Source: Intoshia linei (lineage: Eukaryota > Animalia > Orthonectida). Taken from it: DNA of 42,517 nt. Of the stretch, positions 34,466 to 42,517 are shown one piece after another; within the stretch, counting starts at the first letter, position 1, and the number at the start of each line of letters is the position of its first letter. The notes under the pieces were generated by a model that ran no database searches, had not been told where the DNA came from, and saw only the letters and a program-made list of their open reading frames with translations. Location of the stretch: assembly GCA_001642005.1 (NCBI GenBank), contig LWCA01000188.1:1-42517 (forward strand), read 5' to 3'. Position numbers and translations under genes: made by a program.

Positions 34466-36920
34466 ATGGTATAGTTAATAACAGTCTAGATTTTTAATTT
34501 TGTTTAAATTTTAAATTTTAGGGTAAAAATGTAAAATCTTATCGTAAATCTGGTAATTTCAACAAATTACATTTTATTTTAATATTTTTATAGAATCAGA
34601 GAGACCTACTCAAATTAAACAGAATTGCATTAAAATTGAACATGAATGTGCGTTAAATTCAATTTGTAAATCAAATGGTAATTCCCACATCAGTATTTTT
34701 GAACCTGTAAATACAAAACCTATTAAATTTTAAAATAGGATCTCTGACTGGTCAAAAAAATCATGCGTGCATAGGTTTGTGTCCAATATATCATAATCAA
34801 ACGTTATCGGACTGCGAAAACCGTATTAGATTTCGGAATAAAGTAAATCAACTTATTGATATTTTAATTTGTATTGTTTTAGTTAAAAGATTCTAATGAA
34901 TCAATTTTATCACAGTTGACTAAATTAAGCCAAGGTGTTGATAACGAAACAAGCGAATCTAATCAAGATTTAATTGAATCTGTACTACCGAAACTTGATC
35001 ATATAGTTTCAAAAACAGATCTTGATTTTTTCCTCTTTACTCAATCCATGACACTTGATGAATATCCAGTATTCATTTTTTTGTACTTTAGTTTCACTTT
35101 TAGGACTATGTTAATTTTTTCAGACAGCCTAATCAATACTTGAACAATTTTAATGGCTGTAGCAAATTGGAAACTTTGCCATATGAAAATGATCCATTTT
35201 TCAAAATTAAACATTTAAAATTTCATAATTTTGAAATTAGTGTCTTTTATCCATCTCCATTTCCACAGGAATTTACTATTCTGCCTAAGATTTTTATGTG
35301 CCAATGTTGTCTCAATTATACAAAATCTTTATTTACCATGGAACGGCACCAATTAAAGTGCAAATGGAATCACCCACCTGGTACAGAAATTTATAGACAT
35401 GATAATTTGTCATTTTTTGAAATTGATGGAAATAATTACAAACTTTATTGTCAAAATTTATGCCTTCTTGGTAAATTATTTTTGGATCACAAAACCTTGT
35501 ATTATGATGTAGGTATGCTTTTTTTATTTTAAATTTAATGGTCGTTTTATATGTTAATATTAAAATAATGGTTTTATGGGAAAGTTTAATTGGGTTGTTA
35601 ATTTTTATTGTTTAGAACCTTTTTTATTTTACGTATTGACAATCTACGAAAATAATGTATTTAATTTTATTGGTTATTTTTCCAAAGAAAAGGAATCCTC
35701 TCAAAATTACAACGTATCTTGCATTTTGATTTTACCTCCATACATGAAAAAAGGATACGGACAATATATGATTGATTTTAGTTGACTTTTTTTAATTTTA
35801 ATGTAATATTTATTAGGTTATTTGCTATCTAAAAGTGAACAAAAGATTGGTACACCCGAAAAACCCCTTTCAGATTTAGGATTATTAGCATATCGTAAAT
35901 ATTGGATGTGTAAAATTGATGAATATCTTAAGGAATGTAAAGATAAAAAGACAGTTTCAATTAAAGACATTTCTTGTTTGAATTTTATTGAATCGAATGA
36001 TATTGTTAGTACTCTTCAATATTTTGGTAGGATTAAATATTGGAGAGGTAAACATATTATTCTCAAACCTGAAAAGGTTATTTTTTATTCAGAATGTAAC
36101 TATAACTATACTATACTAACCAATACTAACTATCTAACTAACTATTTTTACTAAAACTTAAAATGTACTAACCTTAAGGGAATATCTTAATCTATGGAAA
36201 AGTGATAATTAAATTGTTATTTGGATTTCGTTATAAACTTGAAAAATTACTATTTTTTAAAATGGAATATTTTTGATTATTTATGAATAGTTTATGCAAT
36301 TTTATAAATATTGCGTAATTATATATTTATTTAAATTCACTGTAACCATACAGTTCTTAAAATATACACTTTTAAATTTAATAGGGTAAAGTAATAACAT
36401 TTTATCTAATGCAAAAAACTAAATGTAGAATGTCATGTTTGTATAAAGTAATCTAATTCAATACCCAAAATGAAAAGAGCGTGTTATAGAATTATCATGT
36501 CATAGTTGGTAAAACTGGATTTTTTTTTTGGGCTTGATAAAATTAAATTTTTCCCGTAAGGGTTGGTAAATTTTGAGTTATTAGTAAAAATTTTGGTATT
36601 TTTGAAATTATGTATTTTAAATTTTAGTAAAATTTTTTGAATGATTCATATATGAACCATTTGATTGTTTTGAAATTTTTGTATGATTCGCCTGAAAAAT
36701 GTTCACTGTATCGGTAAAATTCGATTTTTTCGAGGGTTTGAAATGGTATTTTCGAAATAATAATGTAGCGATCGTCAAGATGAAATTTAACTCATTTTAT
36801 TAGTTATATAATATAATATATTATATTGAAATTATTAATTAAATATCTGATAATTTTTTATAGACGGCCAAAAAGATTAAAATACGTGACATTCACAAAA
36901 AGTATCTTAGATGGCGATGA
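34466..36920 (+). CDS. KAT7: MYST histone acetyltransferase KAT7/HBO1 (chameau-like)
   Basis: Exons 34466-34468, 34522-34552, 34594-34677, 34739-34842, 34883-35068, 35104-35512, 35616-35780, 35817-36076, 36864-36920. HBO1-type C2HC finger [30 protein letters not shown]; MYST motifs [77 protein letters not shown]; ends YLRWR*. Confidence 0.92.
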
Positions 36921-37592
36921 AATTTATAAATATGTACATTATCTGTATTGTTGTTTTCTAATAAAATTTGTTTAAAACTCTAACGATGAGTTTATTTTTT
37001 TATCCGTAGTGCAGTGTATTTTCACTAAAAATCCTGGTCTCACATATAGACTTATTGAATGTTTGATGCATTGTCTCAGTTAACTTAACTAATCATCTTA
37101 ATCAAATTAAATGTGATTTTAACCAGGGCGAAATAATTATTAGGGGCCAAACTCATATAATGTATTTAAATTATAATTTTTGTTATGCTTATTAGGGGTG
37201 TGAATTTTTTCACTATTTTGCGAAAATACAAAAGTGCCACCCCATACGTGGAAGATGGGTTGAATGATACACAACTATCAAAAAATTATAAAAAGGGTTA
37301 AAAAAATCCTGGGGCAAAGCACTTCAAAATATGATTAATGAGCAAAATTTAATTTATTTTGATAGTAAATTTCATAATAATAATTATTTCCATAACCAGT
37401 AATTCTCAATTTATATTTTTTTTATATTTATTCAGTTTTCTCATTGGAATCGGTTTTTTTATTAATTTGACTTTAATGATTTGATGATTCGCTAGACGAT
37501 AATTTTGCGACAATAACTGGGTTTCTACTGCATTAATAAATGAAAAATTTAAGGAAGAAGAATCTAATATACAAGAAAAATTAGCATTAGGA

Positions 37593-37793
37593 TTGGAAAT
37601 ATCATTTGAAAAATTATTGGTGCATAAAATTTTGTTCAGAATGTTATGTAAAATGCTATTAACCGAAGCTTCAGTTGAAAGAGCCTTTTCGAAACATCGT
37701 CATATTCATAATTATCTAAGAGCAAATCTATCCACAGAAAAATTGAATGATCAATTGTTTATTCGATACAATTGGGAAAAATTTTATGAATAA
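37593..37793 (+). mobile_element. hAT transposase C-terminal dimerization-domain relic
   Basis: TEASVERAFS...H...R..LS...L...LFIRYN; GCTGGTA / ACCAGCA subterminal-like repeats at 37978-38040. Confidence 0.8.
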
Positions 37794-38497
37794 TCAATTA
37801 ATTGTAGATTACTACATAATAAATAATATTTTATTTTATTGACACTACCATAATATATACATTTATATCTACTGTATGAATCATTCAACCTTAACCTTCT
37901 TTTATTATTTCTATCTTATTGGAAATACAAACAACACTACAAATTATTAATCTAAAATTTCGATTATAAATAATTGTGCTGGTACCATTTTTTTAATGCT
38001 GGTAAGAAAAACCAGCAAGCCCATGCGGGTACCAGCAAAACTCACATTGTTGATTATATACGTAAAACGTAAACAATGATAAACATAATTAAATAAACGC
38101 AATTTTATATGTCCTAGAATTTTTTTTTAATTTTACACAAATTAAAATATTTTAGCCACATTTCCCACGCAGGGTGACGACCGTCCCTCTGCATCCATTT
38201 AGCTACTAAATTTTTTTCTGAATTTAATTTCTATGAAACACTTTCCAGTGAAAATTTTTGACATTATTAATCTATATATTAAATATCTATTAAAATTTAA
38301 ATTTTATATAACAATCTGCAATATACACTATATAGTTTTCAATATAACTCATTCTCTACTATATATTTGTAAACTTCTGGGAGTAGGAATTTATCAATAT
38401 TTTGTAATTTTATGTTTCTTCTAAATTTTAAATTATAATTTATTTTTAAATGTAATAATGTAGTGCTCCCGAATATCCATAATTTTGAAACTGGATA

Positions 38498-38606
38498 CCA
38501 GAGGGCAACAGTAAATAATAATCAGAGCAACCAATTGCAAATTTTTATGCTTTGTTGACACTTTAAACAATTAAAAAGCTGGTACAAATATTTGGTTGCC
38601 CTCGTG
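38498..38606. mobile_element. Very short TIR element
   Basis: GAGGGCAAC ... GTTGCCCTC inverted ends about 100 bp apart; no clear TSD. Confidence 0.4.
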
Positions 38607-38846
38607 ATAGTGTACCTAACAATTGTTGAACTAATATCAACGGTATGCTCACTGTCAATGATGCTGATATTTTTCTAAAATATTGGATAAAATTTTATAT
38701 TATAATTATTTATATTATATTATATTTATATTATATTATAAAATTTTAATTCATGTCAAAACCAGTGACATGACACAGTACAACACTCAAAAAAAGAGAT
38801 TAATCAAATCTATATAATTATGATCTCATAATGATAATATAGTGAG

Positions 38847-39023
38847 TAGGGCAAACTTTTTATAACTTATAAAATTAAAAAAATGTAACCTATAAAAAAA
38901 AATTTGTAACTTTATTAACCTAAATTTTTTTTAATTAGTCAATTAATATGGATAATTTTGGTACCACCATGTTTGAAATTTGAAACTAATTAACATATCA
39001 AAAATTAACTTTTGCTTGCCCTA
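38847..39023. mobile_element. hAT MITE (177 bp)
   Basis: TAGGGCAA ... TTGCCCTA; flanks ATAGTGAG / ATAATGAG (7/8 TSD). Confidence 0.7.
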
Positions 39024-39029
39024 ATAATG

Positions 39030-40047
39030 AGTCCTTATTTTTTTAATGAAAAAAGCCCTAGAATTTCAAAAAATTTATAGGTTGTACAGTTGTATCCTGT
39101 TAACACACACAGAAAATTTCAATCCGAAAAAGTGACGATTTGATGGTTAAAAAAGCATTCTAGTATTTATTTTTTTTTCCAAATATTTTATTAAAAAAAA
39201 CTAAAATTAAAATATGTTTATAAAGTGAATATTCGGTTAATTATTGATACATAATTGGTTATATTTAAGTATTTATTAAATTGGTACTGAATATATCATC
39301 ACCAGTGACGACTCTGGCTCATCGAGATTACTAGGGTTAAAATTTCTATGACAACCACAAATTTTTTTGAAATTATATTTGAAAATAATAAATATAAAAA
39401 AAATTTACAAATAAAAAGTAATTATAAACTAAATCTGAAAATTATAAATAGAAAATGAAGATTCAAATTTATTGTAACGATATTTAAAATTGACATAACT
39501 AAGATATAAATAATTTCTCATAATTATCAGGTGCACTCCGCTATATAAATTTAATCTATAGATTTATTTACTAGGCAAATTTAAATATTCCAGAGTTATA
39601 CGTATTTAAATTGATTTAAACATTTCACTTACACATCATTCATCACATTAAAAATGAATAAATAGGTTTTTATAATTTTATTTTGCTGACATTTATGCTA
39701 TTTATGATAATTTTTAGGATTGGACTGTTTTTACTTTATTTTTAATATTATACACACACTCTGTCTAATAAATTAAAAAGATGATATAACAATTGTTTTT
39801 AAAATTTAAAATTATTTTGAAAACATTACGCAAATGTTAACAAAAAAAATTAAGATAAAATAATTTACTTCAAAGTAAAAAGTAATGTGATATGATGGTT
39901 CCATCTGAAACAAATTTGGGAACCATTCCTTTAAAGGATTGATAATAGTAAATAGTATGATTTTTAAGTTAGATTTTCAACGTGAATTAATTTTTTAAGT
40001 ATAATAAAAATGTGCCCTCGGCAGAGCCAGGTCCTGTTTGTACGTAG
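39030..40047 (+). mobile_element. Helitron-like element, body and 3' end
   Basis: 39030-39200 matches the family body; 39248-39303 and 39660-40047 match 17788-18160; ends with hairpin CCCTCGGCAGAGCCAGG then GTAG|T. Confidence 0.68.
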
Positions 40048-40108
40048 TACATAACAGTCAACCTAGTAATGTATAATAAATAATGGGATACATTTAAACA
40101 GTAAATTT

Positions 40109-40542
40109 AGCTTCAGTTAGCAGTAACATTACTTCAATTCACAGTATATTTAACAAATTAACAGTACTTTTATAAAATTTTTAAATTCCAAGATTGAGAC
40201 ATGAGACAAGATTATGACAGAAAAACTACCACTTTATCGTTTGATAATTTTGCTGACTACTCGAAAACGATTAAAAATACAGTTTGTATCAAGGTAGACC
40301 ATATCAATTGGAGAATGACTTCATGTATATGTGTATCATACCTCAAAAGTTATACTTGTATTCAGTGTTGGAACACCAATACGAATAAAAAATGTAGGGT
40401 GTGATGTTCATTTTAACTTATTTTATTTACGGTGATGATTCATAATTAATTATAATTACTGTTATTGTTAATTTAAAATAAATACTGTAAAAATTTTTCA
40501 AAATTACTATGAATTGAAGTAATGTTACTGTTAAATGAAGTT
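40109..40542 (+). mobile_element. MULE-like deletion derivative with SWIM-like fragment
   Basis: About 70-bp imperfect TIRs (CAGTAACATTACTTCAATTCA / TGAATTGAAGTAATGTTACTG); internal ORF 40201-40404 has W...SCICVSYLKSYTC resembling a truncated SWIM CxC..C; TSD not identified. Confidence 0.65.
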
Positions 40543-40862
40543 AATTTTTTAAATATACAGTGGAAATTTGATCATGAAAACACTTGTTAATACATACAGC
40601 AAATACTAAATTTAACTTTATATTTCAAGATAATATCAAAACTTTACATTGAATTGATATAGAGTATTGTGTATAAAATAGGTAATCTATGGTATAATTT
40701 ATTAATTTTATTTTTCAAAAAACTGCTTATTTTTTAAAAATACGAAAAGGACCGCTATTTATTAAAATAAGGTTTATGAAACAGAATATTGCCGCGTTTT
40801 TAATTTATTCATTATTTAAAAAAATTAAAAATCTATAATTTTATAATCATACTGTAGTATAC

Positions 40863-41047
40863 CAGGGTTCAATTATGCGGGCTGCATTATAACAAAATTG
40901 CTAACCCATTTCTTTATTTACATATTCTATTAATTTTCATTATTTTCTTATTTCATTTAATTAATTAAAACTGTAATAATGATTTGAGTGAAAATATTTT
41001 TTTGTGTTACATTTGGCCTGATCAGCAAATTGAGTCTGACACCCCTG
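40863..41047. mobile_element. hAT-Charlie MITE (185 bp)
   Basis: CAGGG ... GAGTCTGACACCCCTG; perfect 8-bp TSD TAGTATAC (40855-40862, 41048-41055). Confidence 0.85.
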
Positions 41048-41199
41048 TAGTATACTATTATATATTAAATGATGGTGATATAATTTAATCAAACGACTAT
41101 GATGAGAAAGTTTTAAAAATAAATTTAATCTACAAATATTTTGACTTTTTGTCTTGTAATTTTTTTTTGTATTTTTCTAAAAAATCCAACTCTGAGTCC

Positions 41200-41650
41200 A
41201 TATCAATTTTACTAGATAAGACAATGAATGCTTCAACGTTTTTTAAAGCCAAATCTATATTTCCTTCACTCTTCTATTTTAGTGATATCTGCAGATAATG
41301 ACTCCCTTGAAAGTTGTCTTAGGGAAATTGGAAATATCTTTCTAAAGTTTTGCAACCAACCGTAGCTACATTTCAATTTACGCGTAGGATCATTTTTCTG
41401 TAGGTATTGTCGTCCATAACCCTTCAACATGTAACCAAATACAGGAAGTTTGGATTCTCTTCTTTTAAGGAAATGCATAAAAACTTCATTATTCATCTGG
41501 TCTTTTGTCTCCTTTCTTTAAGGTTTTTCTATTTTCAAAGATTTTTTACTATCGTCACTTCGTTGCAGAATTTTTTCTTTTTGTCGAGCTATTGTAACAA
41601 TTGTCTGTATGGGCATATCAAGTTCAGCTGCCACCTGCATTAGTTATATC
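41200..41650 (-). mobile_element. Tigger/pogo transposase relic (CENP-B-type HTH)
   Basis: QVAAELDMPIQTIVTI (psq-like HTH) and RESKLPVFGYMLK...LKCSYGWLQNFRK...LSRESLSAD; frameshifted. Confidence 0.8.
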
Positions 41651-41877
41651 ATTTATTTATATTTATTACCACTGTGTATGATTTCTCTTCTAACTTCTTG
41701 ATAATATTAATAATTTCAAACACATTGATTGATTTTTTTGTTTTTTTAAATTTTAAAAAGTTTCGTTCTCGTGTTCAAATAATTTAAAGAATGCGCTATA
41801 TTTACTTTATTACTTTTTCATTTTTAAAGTTGTCTTAGTAAAAAAAAAAATTGCATAAATGTATTGTGTAATTTAGC

Positions 41878-42238
41878 CAGGGTTGCCAACTGCGTTATTT
41901 TCCCCCTGAGACTTCGAGTTTTCAAATTCAACTCAGGGCTCAGGGTTAAGTGATATTTCTCAGGGTAATTTAATTATTTCAATCAAAATCATTAGATCAG
42001 ACATATTTCTCTAAGTTTTTTTTCTCTAATGTATTCATCATGAAGTCATTTTGAAATGTGCTATTTGGTATTTGTCATGAAAAATTTAAAATATTCATTT
42101 TAAAATTTGCAATAAAAATTGTGTGTAAACTGTTATTATTTTTTGAAAAAGAGACCCCAAAGTAAAAGAGGGCCCATAAAAAATTTTCACGCTTCGCTTT
42201 AAACTCCGGCTTGAGAATAATTAATGTTGGCAACCCTG
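41878..42238. mobile_element. hAT-Tip100-type MITE (361 bp)
   Basis: Perfect 13-bp TIR CAGGGTTGCCAAC / GTTGGCAACCCTG; perfect 8-bp TSD AATTTAGC. Confidence 0.92.
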
Positions 42239-42517
42239 AATTTAGCTGTATGTATTATCAAGATTCCACTGTAGTGTGAATTCTGTGAACTTCACTGCGC
42301 TGTGTACATATAGTCAACCAAATAATGTTATGAAAGTTGCTCTGACTAAATTTGATAAGATATTGTTGCCTTTATTACACTTAAAAAGCGGATAATGCTC
42401 ACAGTTTTTAAAATGTTTAAGAAAGAGATCTCTCGACCCTTCTCAACCACGTATTACTTTAACAAGTGCTCTGCCACATTTATCGAAAATGAAATTGTTG
42501 GCAGGAGTATTAAATGG

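Overview
AT-rich eukaryotic (animal-like) genomic DNA using the standard genetic code. Most introns are tiny GT-AG introns of 34-55 nt, and a few long introns are filled with transposon relics. This architecture resembles compact parasitic metazoans such as the orthonectid Intoshia (inference only). Manual splicing recovers five apparently intact conserved genes: CTNNBL1 (-, 13 exons), GINS3/PSF3 (-), MFSD6 (-), a U1A/U2B''/SNF snRNP protein (-) and KAT7/HBO1 (+). EDC4/Ge-1 (+) is clearly present, but I could not close its reading frame between the WD40 half and the C-terminal half. An intronless two-finger C2H2 gene is nested on the same strand inside an EDC4 intron. The left 6.7 kb holds a tetraspanin-like spliced membrane-protein gene with a broken 3' part, a GPCR-like relic and hATm relics. 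Mobile DNA includes hATm relics, several hAT MITEs with 8-bp TSDs, a Merlin element with TIRs and a TSD just upstream of CTNNBL1, a piggyBac-like element carrying a LINE endonuclease fragment, MULE and pogo/Tigger relics, and a multi-copy non-autonomous Helitron. No tRNA, rRNA or CRISPR array was found. Best leads: the possibly split EDC4 with its nested zinc-finger gene and twin AGTGA-N7-TCACT palindromes, a UACUAAC cluster in the last KAT7 intron, and two compact head-to-head gene pairs. All family calls come from recalled motifs; no searches were run.
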